DNA from: an uncultured Thermoleophilia bacterium
GTDB lineage: Bacteria > Actinomycetota > Thermoleophilia > UBA2241
Length of the DNA stretch: 64,000 bases
Reading direction: 5' to 3'
Assembly (NCBI GenBank): GCA_963751215.1
Contig: CAVVTV010000025.1
Coordinates: 130,665 to 194,664, forward strand
The notes beneath the pieces are model-generated. The model did no database searches. It worked only from the letters and a program-made list of their open reading frames with translations, and was not told where the DNA came from. This document shows positions 27,320-37,586 of this stretch, in pieces (position 1 is the stretch's first letter; the number at the start of each line of letters is the position of its first letter). The translations under genes and the position numbers were made by a program.

Positions 27320-28531
27320 CTAGGCCGCCGCGAGCGCCTGCTTGAGGTCGGCGATCAGGTCGTCGCAGTCTTCGATGCCCACGGAGTAGCGGATCAGCCC
27401 CTCGGGAATGCCCATGGCCTCGCGCTCCGCGGCCGTGCACTCCACGTGGCTGGTCGTCGCCGGGGGCCCGGCGATAGTCTCTACAGCGCCCAGGTTGGCG
27501 GCGCGGTGCGCCAGGCGCAGCCGCGGTAGCACGTCCCTGACCGCCTCGAAGCCGCCGGCCAGCATGAAGCTGAGAACGCCGCCGAACCCGCGCATCTGAC
27601 GCACCGCCACGTCGTGGTGCACATGGGTGGCGAGGCCGGGGTAGTACACGGCGGCGACCGCCGGCTGCTCCTGCAGCCAGCACGCGATGCGCAGGGCGCT
27701 CTCGTTCTGCCGATGGATGCGCAGGGGCAACGTCTTGAGGCCGCGGATGAGCAGGTACGCGGCCATCGGGTCGAGGGTGGCGCCGGTGATCTCGCGGTAG
27801 TGAAACACCTGCCCCACCAGCTCGGGCGCCCCGCAGATCACCCCGCCCAGTGCGTCGGCGTGACCGCCGAGGAACTTGGTGGCACTGTGGATCACCAGGT
27901 CTGCGCCGAGAGCCAGGGGATTCTGGTTCACCGGCGTCGCGAACGTGTTGTCGGCGAGCACGATGGCGCCGGCCTTGTGCGCGGCGGCGGCCAGGCGCGC
28001 GATGTCCATCACCTTGAGCGTGGGGTTGGTGGGCGTCTCCAGGTAGAGGGCCCGGCAGCCGGCCGCGACGGCGGCCTCGATCTGCTCGTGGTCGCTCGTG
28101 TCGCAGAGCTCCACCTGCACGTCCACGCGGGGCAGAAAGTCGAGGAATAGTCTATTGGTGCCGCCGTAGGTGTCTTTCACCGACACCACGCGGTCGCCCG
28201 GCGCTAGCAGGGCGAACAGCGTGTTGCTCACCGCTGCCATGCCCGTCGCGAAGCTGGTGGCGGCAGGCGCGCCTTCGAGCGCGCCCACCTTCTGCTCGAA
28301 GGCTTGCACGGTGGGGTTGGTGTTGCGGCTGTAGATGTGGCCCGGCTTGCGGCCCAGGGCGACGTCGAGCCATTCGTCAACATCTGGGTAGCCATAGGCG
28401 GCGCTGTACACCACCGGCACCTGGGTCGCGCCCTGCACCAGGGAGTTGCCCTCACCGGCCCATACGGCGAGGGTGGCGGGCGCCAGCGCGGCGGACCAAG
28501 CGTCCTTCAACGTTTGCGTCGGATCGATCAT
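27320..28531 (-). CDS. Cys/Met-metabolism PLP-dependent enzyme (cystathionine gamma-synthase / beta-lyase / methionine gamma-lyase family)
   Basis: ATG at 28531 with AAGGAG upstream. The PLP-lysine motif is SATKFLGGHADALGG, and the fold I family is collinear throughout. The N-terminal ORF-track extension is rejected. Confidence 0.85.
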   Translation of the reverse strand: MIDPTQTLKDAWSAALAPATLAVWAGEGNSLVQGATQVPVVYSAAYGYPDVDEWLDVALGRKPGHIYSRNTNPTVQAFEQKVGALEGAPAATSFATGMAAVSNTLFALLAPGDRVVSVKDTYGGTNRLFLDFLPRVDVQVELCDTSDHEQIEAAVAAGCRALYLETPTNPTLKVMDIARLAAAAHKAGAIVLADNTFATPVNQNPLALGADLVIHSATKFLGGHADALGGVICGAPELVGQVFHYREITGATLDPMAAYLLIRGLKTLPLRIHRQNESALRIACWLQEQPAVAAVYYPGLATHVHHDVAVRQMRGFGGVLSFMLAGGFEAVRDVLPRLRLAHRAANLGAVETIAGPPATTSHVECTAAEREAMGIPEGLIRYSVGIEDCDDLIADLKQALAAA

Positions 28532-28703
28532 GCCGGGGCTCCTTCGGTCACTCGGGCGGCGCGCGCGCCGGCCCTCTGGATGCGGCCAGCATAGCGGCAG
28601 ACGAGCGGCGGAGCGAGTGCGCGGCGCAGCGAGTGCGGTGGTCGCGACCGGTCGTCTTGGGGCCCTCCGCTGCTGAGGGTAGGCCACGGCGCCGGACGGG
28701 GGC

Positions 28704-28904
28704 TTGCGCGTGTACGACCTCGCCAAGATCATAGGCGCCGACACGACCATGCCGGCCGATCTGGTGCAGGGGCTGTGGGAGCAGATCGCGCCCCTCGCCG
28801 AGGAGTGGCGAGCCATGGGCGTATTCGGGCCGACGGTCGAGGTGCCCGAAGAGGCACCGCTGCAGCACGGGCTGCTGGGCCTCTGCGGGCGTCGCCCCGA
28901 CTGA
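28704..28904 (+). CDS. Possible small protein (66 aa)
   Basis: GC3 is high. TTG/GTG start with no clear RBS. No family was recognised. Confidence 0.2.
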   Translation: MRVYDLAKIIGADTTMPADLVQGLWEQIAPLAEEWRAMGVFGPTVEVPEEAPLQHGLLGLCGRRPD

Positions 28905-28980
28905 ACGGCGAACAGGTGGAGCGGCGAGCCTTACGGCCCGCCGCCCCACCCGAACATCGCGGCTTTCTCTGCGACCCGGC

Positions 28981-31900
28981 TCAGTGCACGGTCAGAGTGT
29001 TGCTGCCCAGCACCGCTTCGGCGTTGCCCGCCTGATCCAGAGCATGAACGTAGAACTTGTAGACACCCTTGGCCAGGGTGCACCTCCACGAGGTGATCGG
29101 CGAGTTGAACTCCTGGCCGGTGGTGAACCATCCCAGCGGAAGGGTCTTGACCACGCGCCCCGCCGAGTTCTTCACGACGATCGTCACCTTGGCCTTGTTG
29201 CTGAGATTGTCGTCCGCCCAGAAGGCGAGCACCGGATGGGCGCCCCTGGCCACTGAAGCGGCGGCCGGTGCGTAGGTGCGCGGCCCGATCGTGTCGACCG
29301 TCACCCAGATGTGCCTGGGAACCTCCAGGCCACCGTTCATCAGCCAGAACGGGTCGAGCTCGATGTTGCCCACGTTGTCGAGCGACTGGAAGTACACCAG
29401 GTGCTTGGTACCGGGCGCGTCACCGACCGTGCTGAAGGTCACGGTGGTGCCGTACTGCCAGTCCCAGGTGTCCCAGTCGCCCGCGGGGCCATTGCCGCTG
29501 GCGCCTGGAGGGTCGACGATCCACCGTGTCCAGGCGACGCCAGACTTCGCGTCTGCCCCCGAGATCGTGAAGACGGGCGCCCTGAGCCAGCCGCTGGCAG
29601 GCTGGCAGGTAGTGGTCGGCGCCATTCTGTCGAACGACAGGATCGTGCCGCGGTCGCCCACCGCCCAGGCGTTCAGCCAGTCGACGACCGCCAGGCTATG
29701 GAGCTGGTTGTCCTGGCCGCTGCCGCCGGTGTGATTCAGCAGGTGACTGCCGGTGACCACGACGAAGGAGATAGTGCTGGAGACGGTGCCGGCCGCCGTC
29801 GTCACCGACACGGGGCCCGTGACCGCGCTCGCCGGCACGGTGGCGGTGATCTGCGCGTCGGAGTTCACCGTGAACTTGGCCGTTACGTTGCTCGAGAAGG
29901 TCACGGCCGTGGCGTCGTCCGTGAAGCCGCTGCCGCTGATCAGCACCTGCGAGCCGGCGACACCCGAGGCCGGCAGGAAACCGGTGACGGTGGGTAGGCT
30001 TGCCGCCCGGCTCGAAGACGAGGCGCCCAGCGCCGACCCTGCAGTCTTCATGGGGCCGGCCGCGGTTACGTCGAACCCGGCGGAGCTGGTGGCAGTGAAC
30101 GTCGGGGTCGTGACGCTGATGGTGTTACTGCCCGGGCTGGCGCCGCTCGGCACGACGACCGTGATCTGGGTGTCTGAGACCACGGTGAAGACCGTGGCGC
30201 TGACTGTCTCCGAACTTCACCGCGGTGACGCCCGTGAACCCGCTGCCGGAGAGGGTTACCAGCGTGCCCGCCGGCCCGCTGGTCGGCGTGAAGCTTGAGA
30301 TGGGCGACGTCACGTTGAACCTGTCGGTGCTGACGCCGGTGCCGAGCGGAGTCGTGACGCTGATTCTGCACGTGCCGAGGGGAGTCCCCGAGGGCACGTG
30401 GGCTGTGAGCTCGTTGTCTGAGATCACGCTGTAGACTGTGGCGGTGACGCCTCCGAACGTCACCGCGCTGGCACCGGTGAAGCCGCTGCCGTACAGGGTG
30501 ACCGGGGTGCCCACCGGCCCGCTGATTGGCGTGAAGCTGGAGATGGTCGGCGCCAGCTGCCACAGCGGCGGGGTGCCCGCCCTGTTGTGCGTCCACATGT
30601 CACCGCCGTCGCCCAAAATCCATCCGTCGGCGTCGTCGGCGGCCACCAGAGCGCCCTGCGGGATAACGCACTGGCCGACGTCGAAGAAGTGGGGATACGG
30701 CGGGTCTTGCACCACATCGTTGGGGTCGATCGCCGTGAAAGTCCAGGTCGTCCCTCCGTCACCCGACGTGAAGAGCTGACCGCGGTCGCCCACCACCGTG
30801 AGGCCCTTGCCGGCGTCCGTCTTGATCGAACGTAGCGGCGCATCCGGCGTCGGCGTGGGGTTGGGGTTGCTCCACGTCACGCCGCCGTTGGCGGTGCGCC
30901 ATATGACACCGCTGGCGCTGACCGTACCGGTCTCGCCGCCCACGGCGATGGCCGTCTTGGCATCGGTGAACTGCACGGCGCGCAGGGTCACGGTGCCCAC
31001 CGTCCTGAACCACCAGGTGCGACCGCCGTCGGTGGTGCGTACCACGAGGCCGTCGGTGCCTACGGCCAGGCCGACCTTGGTGTTGAAGAAGTCCACCCCG
31101 GCCAGACCGGGACTGGTGCTGCGATTGATCTGGAACTTCCAGTGTCGGCCGCCGTCGGTGGTCTTCAGCACCACCGCGCCGTAGCCGGCGTCCAGGTCGG
31201 CATAGGGCACGTGCGGGCCCGAGCACCCCACCGCCCAGCCTATCTTGCCGGTGACCATGTCGAGGCCTTCCAGGGAGATGCCGCGGGGTACGCTGGTCAT
31301 GCCCCAGGTGCGCCCGCCGTTGGTGGTGCGCAAGATGGTCGACTTCCAGCCGACCGCCCAGCCCAGGTTCGCGTTGAGAAACTGCACGTGGGTGAGATTG
31401 GTGCGCACGCCCGGCGCGCTCTGGCTCCAGTTCCCAGTGCCCGCGTTGCGGGTGAGGAAGAGGCCGCCCGCGCCGACGGCCATGGCCGTGCCGGAGGAGA
31501 AATCGACGGCCTGGGGCTTTACCGTCTCTTCGCTGTACTCTTCCTTCCAGGTTGAGCCGTGGTCGGTGGTGTGCAGCACGAAGCCCTCCCAGTCGCTCAC
31601 ACCCTGGGTCTGGCCGGTTGCATAGCACTCGCCGCTCGAAGAGGCGGCCAGATCGGTGATGGTCGCGCCCTCCTTGGTGGTCGAGGCCGCCCAGGTGCTC
31701 CCGCCGTCGGTGGTGTGCCAGATCGTAGCCGGCGCGTAGTTGGCGAGCGACGCCGTCGCGAGCCAACCCTCGCTCGCGCTGGTGAAGTCCATCGCGCTCA
31801 GGCTGGCCTGGCCGTCACCGAACAGGCTAACCGTCCAATTAGCGCCACCGCTGGTGGTCTTCAGCAGGACGTAGCCCCACTTGGCGGCGCTCGGATCGTA

Positions 31901-32500
31901 GCCCCAGCCGGTCGCCCAGCCATCTGACGTGTTGACGAAGTCGACCTGCTCGAGAAGCTTGATGTTGGCCGGCAAGGATTCCGCCGTCCACGTGTCCCCG
32001 CCGTCCGGAGTGTGAATGATCCGGTAGCTGGTCGCGCCGACGGCCGGCGAAAAGAGCCCGCAGGCCCAGCCATCGCTGGCGTCGACAAAGCTTACGTCGC
32101 TGATCTGGTAATAGTCCTGTGTGGGGAGGGGAATGAGAGTCTCATTCGTCCAGGTAACGCCACCGTTGGTGGTCTTGACAATGCCGCCGGGACCGGCCGC
32201 CCAGCCGTCCGAGGCATTCACGAAATCGACGGCCAGCAGCTTGCTGTGCAGGCGGGAATTGCGCTGCGTCCACTTGGCGCCACCGTTGGCGGAGGTGAAG
32301 ATCACCCCGCCGTCGCCCACCGCGACGGCCCCGGAGGAGGTAAGGGCGAGGTCGTTGAAGGAGTAGCCCTGCAGCAGAGGGTTCTGCCAGTACCACCCTC
32401 CCGCTGTGCCCTCGAACGCCGCGGCCGCGCTCACGCCGACGATCATGAACGCCAGGCACGCCAGTACGGCGAGGATCGAGCTATGAACTGACCATCTCAT
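28981..32500 (-). pseudogene. Giant secreted protein: repeated BNR/Asp-box beta-propeller units, then tandem IPT/TIG domains, then a C-terminal beta-rich domain. It is interrupted by a -1/+1 frameshift near 30210.
   Basis: ATG at 32500 with GGAGGG upstream, and a signal peptide (MRWSVHSSILAVLACLAFMIVGVSAAAA). There are many SxDGGxTW-type motifs. IPT units read PISGPVGTPVTLYGSGFTG...ISVTTP. Frame A ends within an IPT unit (…TAVKFGDSQ*), and frame C resumes the same unit (SETVSATVFTVVSDTQITVVVP) at a GG run. Restoring one base gives one ~1170-aa ORF. Confidence 0.6.
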
Positions 32501-32563
32501 CAGACACCCTCCGTGCTTGACGTAAGTCACGGGCCGCTCGCAAGAAGAGCCCGCGGCGGCCGG

Positions 32564-33721
32564 CTACTTCAGCGCTTTGAGCTCGGCGATCCCCTTCTTG
32601 AGCTCTGGCCGTCCTTGGGCCAACTCGGCTTTGCCTGCCTTCAAGGATTTCGCGCTGCTGTTCTGCGCGGCGTCGGTCAGATCATTGGTGGCCACACGGA
32701 TCACCTTCAGCCCCTTGATGTATTCGTCGAACCCGGCGGTCACGCGAGACCCGGCCGGATGCCTCGCGGTCCATGTGTCACAGGCGTTCTGGACGAACCC
32801 CATGTTGAGACAGAAGGAGGTCACCACGGCGTCGTCCCAGGGCAGCGGCTGAGCGATGGTGTCGTTGGCGGAGTCGAGGATGCCGCCCAGCCAGGAATCG
32901 AGCGCGACCATGTCTGTGATCTGGGTGGACTCGGCCGTCGTGAGACTAGGCTTGGGCTTGGCGGTGGGACTGGTTGTAGGCCCCGCGGTAGGGCTGGTGG
33001 TCGGCTGCGTACTGGCGCTCGCCGAGGGGGTCGGTGACGCCGTTGTGGTGGGCGACGGTGGCGGCGTGTAGGGATTGCTTCCGTAGAGGTCGCGCACGTT
33101 GCTGCCCCAGTCGGTGACGCTCCCCACGCTGCTCGGCAGAGCCGCACCCAGCGTGGCGACCTTGCCGGCCAGCGTCGTCTTCTCCGCGGGGCTCTGGCTG
33201 CCGGCATAGTCAGTGGTGAGCTGCGCCATGCTGCTGAGGCGCTGCATGAGCGCGTGCACACTATCGCGCAGGTCGACGAAGCGCTTGCTTGGTGAGGCCG
33301 TCTCGACCCACACCGTCGCCTGCCGCCCCATCTTCTTAGCGAGCTTGACGGCGCCGGACGAGCCCGGATCCGGGAGCTGGGCGTAGTCGGCCGCCTCGGC
33401 ACTGATGCTGGCCCAGGCTATGTCGACGTCGCGCAAGTAGGTCTGCTCGGAGCTGCTGAAGCCCTTCGCGCCGCTCACCGTGAGGCCGAAGAGCGACGCT
33501 CCCGCGTTGCCCACCTGCGCCCACACCGGGGCGATGGCCGCCGACGAGGCGGCCGGAGACTGCGGTGGGGTGGTGGGCTGTGAGGTCGGGGCGTTGGAGC
33601 CGCAGCCCCCGAGCACGATCAGAAGGGCGGCGGCGAAGCAGGCGGCGGCGAGAACGCTCGCGCTCGTGATCGCGCGCCTGAATCTGCGCCCGCCACGGCC
33701 TTCGTGGCTGGTCGAGTCCAT
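32564..33721 (-). CDS. Lipoprotein of unknown function
   Basis: Signal peptide with lipobox LGGCGS, and a Pro/Thr/Ser-rich linker (PSPTTTASPTPSASASTQPTTSPT). No domain was recognised. Confidence 0.55.
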   Translation of the reverse strand: MDSTSHEGRGGRRFRRAITSASVLAAACFAAALLIVLGGCGSNAPTSQPTTPPQSPAASSAAIAPVWAQVGNAGASLFGLTVSGAKGFSSSEQTYLRDVDIAWASISAEAADYAQLPDPGSSGAVKLAKKMGRQATVWVETASPSKRFVDLRDSVHALMQRLSSMAQLTTDYAGSQSPAEKTTLAGKVATLGAALPSSVGSVTDWGSNVRDLYGSNPYTPPPSPTTTASPTPSASASTQPTTSPTAGPTTSPTAKPKPSLTTAESTQITDMVALDSWLGGILDSANDTIAQPLPWDDAVVTSFCLNMGFVQNACDTWTARHPAGSRVTAGFDEYIKGLKVIRVATNDLTDAAQNSSAKSLKAGKAELAQGRPELKKGIAELKALK

Positions 33722-33880
33722 CGCCCCCCTCCTCGGTCACTGGCCATGCAGCCCGGCACCGCGCAGTGTTAATCGCACATAGTACTGGCGAGCTTATTCT
33801 CGGCACGAATGGAGCAACACTTGAATACGACGAGGTGGCGTATATACCTGCGCGAATCGCCTGCCAGGACGGCTTCATTC

Positions 33881-35103
33881 TTACGTCCCGCGACTGTGGA
33901 TCGCCACGCCGGAGGATGCGCCTTGCGGCGGCGCGCTCCGGTAGACGGCCTTGGCCGCTGGAACCGAGCACGCGAACCAGACGACCGCCGCCGAGATCGC
34001 CAGCATAGCGCCGACGGCGATGGCGCGTGGGCGCTCCGCCCACCGTCCGATAGCCAGGCCGAATGCGCGAGTGGCGAGCAGCGCGACGGCCAGGGCCAGG
34101 GCCGGCACCGACGCGGTCACGTAGCGATCGACGAACACGGGCCGCACCAGCGAGGTGATGGCCAGGATCGCGGTAGGCAGAACGGCCCACGAAAGGAGGA
34201 CGGCCAGGAGCTCGAGGTCGAGGCGTGCCGGTCGCCAGCTCCCGGCCTTCCACGCCCGCGCGCACAGAGCGGCCGCGACGACGGCCAGGCCCAGGACGAC
34301 AATGGCGTAGAGGGCGTGCTCACCGGAGGCCGGTCCCGTCAATGCGGTGATGAGCTGCCTACCCTCGAAGAGGGAGGGGATCCACGCGATCTGACGCCGC
34401 TGGCCCGCGCCGAGGATCGCCACAGAGAGCGCGGCGGCCAGCACGAGCCCAAGCGGCGCGATCAGCGCCCGCCAGGCGCCGCGAAACAGCGCGGGCCTCA
34501 CGGCGCAGGCGGCGACCAGCACCGCGAGCGGCACGAGGACGGCGAAGAGCTGGAGGAGCAGCGTGACGACCGCCGCCAGGCAGAACCACCAGAGCCAGCG
34601 CACGCCGCCGTCGCCCAGCCAGCGAACGAGCGCGGCGACGCATGCCGTGGCGGCCAGGGCCGACAGCGCGTAGGGCCGGGCGCTCAGCGCGGCGGCGACC
34701 GACAGGGGAGCAGTCGCCACCAGGGTCGCGGCCAGCACTCCGCCCAGACGCCCCCGGCCAGTCTCACCCCGAGACGCCCCACCAGGAGCACGGTGAGCCC
34801 GAAGGCCACGAGGGAGAGGAACCGCGCCCACTCGATGCCGCCGAAGACCTGCAGCCAGAGATGAAGAAGCGAGTAGTACGGCAGCAGGACCAGATCGATC
34901 ACCCGAGAGTGCTGCGCCAGCGCAGTCCAGCTCAGACGGGCGGCGCGCAGAGAGACGCGCTCGTCGGGAAACACCGGCTTGTTCAACCATGGCAGCAGTG
35001 CCAGCGACGATGCCACGGCGAGCGCGACAAGGATGCCGCCGGTCACTCGGGCGTGCCGCGAGCCGCCGGCAGAGGTAACCTCTGTGCGGCCTTCACCGGT
35101 CAC
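33881..35103 (-). pseudogene. Polytopic membrane protein, possibly a GT-C-type glycosyltransferase, split by a frameshift in a C5/G5 run near 34750
   Basis: Two overlapping same-strand ORFs (34684-35103 and 33881-34990) are both highly hydrophobic. The junction at GVRLAGG / RLGGVLAATLV sits in a GGGGG tract. The family assignment is weak. Confidence 0.45.
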
Positions 35104-35291
35104 ATCTTCAGGTGGTGAAAGATCCCGTAGGCGAAGTATGCGGGCCAGACCAGCGATTGGAAGACGCCGTACACTCCGTCCCAGAATGAATGCGCGCTCT
35201 GGATGAAGTAGACGAGCGATCCGACGAGGCCCAGCCCATAGAAGGCCCCGCCGCCAACGGCTCCGCCCCTGTTCCTCTTGCCTTCCGCCAT
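35100..35291 (-). CDS. Small membrane protein (63 aa)
   Basis: ATG at 35291 with AAGGAGGAG upstream. One or two TM helices (FYGLGLVGSLVYFI...LVWPAYFAYGIF). Confidence 0.35.
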   Translation of the reverse strand: MAEGKRNRGGAVGGGAFYGLGLVGSLVYFIQSAHSFWDGVYGVFQSLVWPAYFAYGIFHHLKM

Positions 35292-35318
35292 GGCTCCTCC
35301 TTGCTCTCCCAGTGCCCC

Positions 35319-35798
35319 CTACGCGCAGTACACCCGCACGACGTCGCCATTCTTCCCGTCCACGTTGATCTCCATCTCGCGCAGGCTCTCGATGAGCTCG
35401 TCGATGTCTTCGGGCTTGAGGTTCGTGAAGTCGACCGACATACCGTGCTCCGACATCGAGGTGTTGATCTGGTCGATCGCCTGCGGAGGGATGAGCGACG
35501 TGAGCTTGAGCCCGGAGCGCACGAGGGCGATGGGTATCTTCACGTCGACGTTGTCGCCCGTGGCCCCGACGACCTGAACGTAGAGGTACTTGGGGAGCGC
35601 CGTGATCGGGCGTGCCGGGTCACCCGTGAAGGCCGGCCCGGCGGCGCCGGCCGGCCCGGCGGCGGCCGGCCCGGACGCCCCTGTGGCGCCGGCATGCGCA
35701 GCGAGCGCGTCGAGCAGACGCTCGGCTTCTTCGGCGGTGATCTTGCCCTCGGCCAGCAGGTTCAGGATCCGGCTGCGGTCTTCGCTCATTGTCAACAC
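35319..35798 (-). CDS. Hypothetical protein with a SHOCT-like N-terminal helix motif
   Basis: ILNLLAEGKITAEEAERLLDAL is followed by an Ala/Gly/Pro linker and a ~90-aa beta-rich C-terminal domain. It is in an operon with the DUF2089 gene. Confidence 0.5.
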   Translation of the reverse strand: MLTMSEDRSRILNLLAEGKITAEEAERLLDALAAHAGATGASGPAAAGPAGAAGPAFTGDPARPITALPKYLYVQVVGATGDNVDVKIPIALVRSGLKLTSLIPPQAIDQINTSMSEHGMSVDFTNLKPEDIDELIESLREMEINVDGKNGDVVRVYCA

Positions 35799-35804
35799 CC
35801 TTTC

Positions 35805-36089
35805 TCAGCGGACCGTCATGTCGACGGCCGCGCTCTCGCTTCTGATATGCACAACCATCCCGCGCGTCTCACACAGCGTCGCGAAAGAGTGGGCCAGCAA
35901 CACGGTGTAGCGGTGATAGCGCCGGCCGCAGAGCAGCAGCACGGCGTCGGCGACGAGCGTGCCCGCGAAGGCGAGGGCGCCGAGCACGAGGACCACCGGC
36001 CAGAGCAGGAACAGCGGCAGCCACAGGCGCAGCGCACGCCGCCCCGGCCGTTCGACCGCCAGATGAAGGATCAGCGGCGGGACGGTCAT
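35805..36089 (-). CDS. Small membrane protein
   Basis: Two TM helices. Its start overlaps the DUF2089 gene stop (ATGA). Confidence 0.4.
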   Translation of the reverse strand: MTVPPLILHLAVERPGRRALRLWLPLFLLWPVVLVLGALAFAGTLVADAVLLLCGRRYHRYTVLLAHSFATLCETRGMVVHIRSESAAVDMTVR

Positions 36090-36445
36090 CGCCTGAGCCT
36101 CTCGGCCGCCTCGTCTGCCGTGATCTCGCCGCGCTCGAGCAGGTCGAGGGCTTCGTCGCGCGCCGTAGAGGCGCCGACCTCGACAAGCTGAAGCTGCTCG
36201 ATGATGCGGTTGAGCCGGTTCTTGACCGTCGGGTAGCTGATGCCGAACGCCTTCTCCATGTCTTTGATGGAGCCGTGGCTGCGCACGAACTCGCTGACGA
36301 ACACCTGGTCTTCGTACCGCAGGCGAGCCAGAGGCGGCAGCTCGAACTCGCCCCGGATGGCGATGCCAGTGCTGAGCCGCACCTCGGTCACAAGAAAGCG
36401 CCGCTCGCCGGTGAGGTCGGTGAGCTCGTGCCAGTTGTTCGTCAT
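36086..36445 (-). CDS. DUF2089 family protein (putative zinc-ribbon/HTH regulator)
   Basis: MTNNWHELTDLTGERRFLVTEVRL...SIKDMEKAFGISYPTVKNRLNRI...LLERGEITADEAAERL resembles DUF2089 with a SHOCT-like tail. Confidence 0.6.
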   Translation of the reverse strand: MTNNWHELTDLTGERRFLVTEVRLSTGIAIRGEFELPPLARLRYEDQVFVSEFVRSHGSIKDMEKAFGISYPTVKNRLNRIIEQLQLVEVGASTARDEALDLLERGEITADEAAERLRR

Positions 36446-36688
36446 GAAGTGCTCCGCTCTGATTCAGTTGTCGTACTCAAGATACGGAAAGTACTTAAGA
36501 AAGTCAATGTCGATGTTATGAAAGTAAAGTCTGGGCAGCGAATGCATGGGCACAACGCTCCTCGCGTATACCCGCGGAGGGGCTACACTGAAGGGAGGAG
36601 AGCGTTGGAGTCGCCCGCGGACCCCGAGGCGGAAGACGCCCCGCGGGGCTCCGAGGGCCGATCACCAGGGAGGGCCGGTGACGGGAGC

Positions 36689-37582
36689 ATGACCAGACCA
36701 CTTCCACTGCTGCTGATGCAGGCGCCACCGCGGCCGCCGGCGAGCGCCGCGCGTGAGCTGCGCGCGGAGCTCACCGGCCTGCTGGCCGACTACCCCGCCA
36801 CCAGGCTCGTGGTGTACCCCGAGTACCACACGTGCGCCGTGAAAGGTGGCCCCGAAGGCCGCCACGCGGCCTACGAAGCCCTCGCCGAGCCGCTCGACGG
36901 CCCCCGCGTGACGGAGCTGCGCGCCATCGCCCGCGAGGCCGGTGTGTGGCTGCTGCCGGGCTCGGTGCCCGAGCGCGGTGAGGACGGCGGCCTCTACAAC
37001 ACCAGCATCCTGCTCGCGCCCGGCGGCGAGCTGGCCGCCAGCTACCGCAAGATCTTCCCCTGGCGGCCGTTCGAGCCTTTCAAGCCCGGCGACCGTTTCG
37101 TGGTCGTCGACCTGCCCGGAGTGGGGCGCCTCGGGCTCGCCATCTGCTACGACATCTGGTACCCGGAGGTCGCGCGCCAGCTTGCCTGGATGGGGGCCGA
37201 GGCGCTCATCTTCGTGGCGCAGACGTCCACCTGCGACCGCGCCCAGGAGCTCGTGCTAGCGCGCGCCGCGGCGATCGCCAACCAGGTGTTCGTCGTCAGT
37301 CTAAACGCCGCGGCGCCGGGGGGCACCGGCGAGAGTATCGTCGTCGATCCCGAGGGTCTCGTACGCGCGCAGGCGCCAAGCGAGTCGCCGGCCATGCTCA
37401 CCGACGTCATCAACCTCGACGAGGTGGCGCGTCTGCGCACCTACGGCACCTGCGGGCTGAACCGTCTGTGGTCGCAGTTCCGCCCCGGCGACGCGACGCT
37501 CGAGCTGCCCGCATACCGCGGTTCCATCGATCCGCTGCGCTGGGACCCGGCCGGCCATCCCGCCGAGGAGAACCTCGGCTAG
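36689..37582 (+). CDS. Carbon-nitrogen hydrolase (nitrilase superfamily) protein
   Basis: The catalytic triad context reads EYH...RKIFPW...GLAICYDIWYPE (the Glu, Lys and Cys motifs of CN hydrolases). Start at ATG 36689. Confidence 0.85.
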   Translation: MTRPLPLLLMQAPPRPPASAARELRAELTGLLADYPATRLVVYPEYHTCAVKGGPEGRHAAYEALAEPLDGPRVTELRAIAREAGVWLLPGSVPERGEDGGLYNTSILLAPGGELAASYRKIFPWRPFEPFKPGDRFVVVDLPGVGRLGLAICYDIWYPEVARQLAWMGAEALIFVAQTSTCDRAQELVLARAAAIANQVFVVSLNAAAPGGTGESIVVDPEGLVRAQAPSESPAMLTDVINLDEVARLRTYGTCGLNRLWSQFRPGDATLELPAYRGSIDPLRWDPAGHPAEENLG

Positions 37583-37586
37583 GAGT

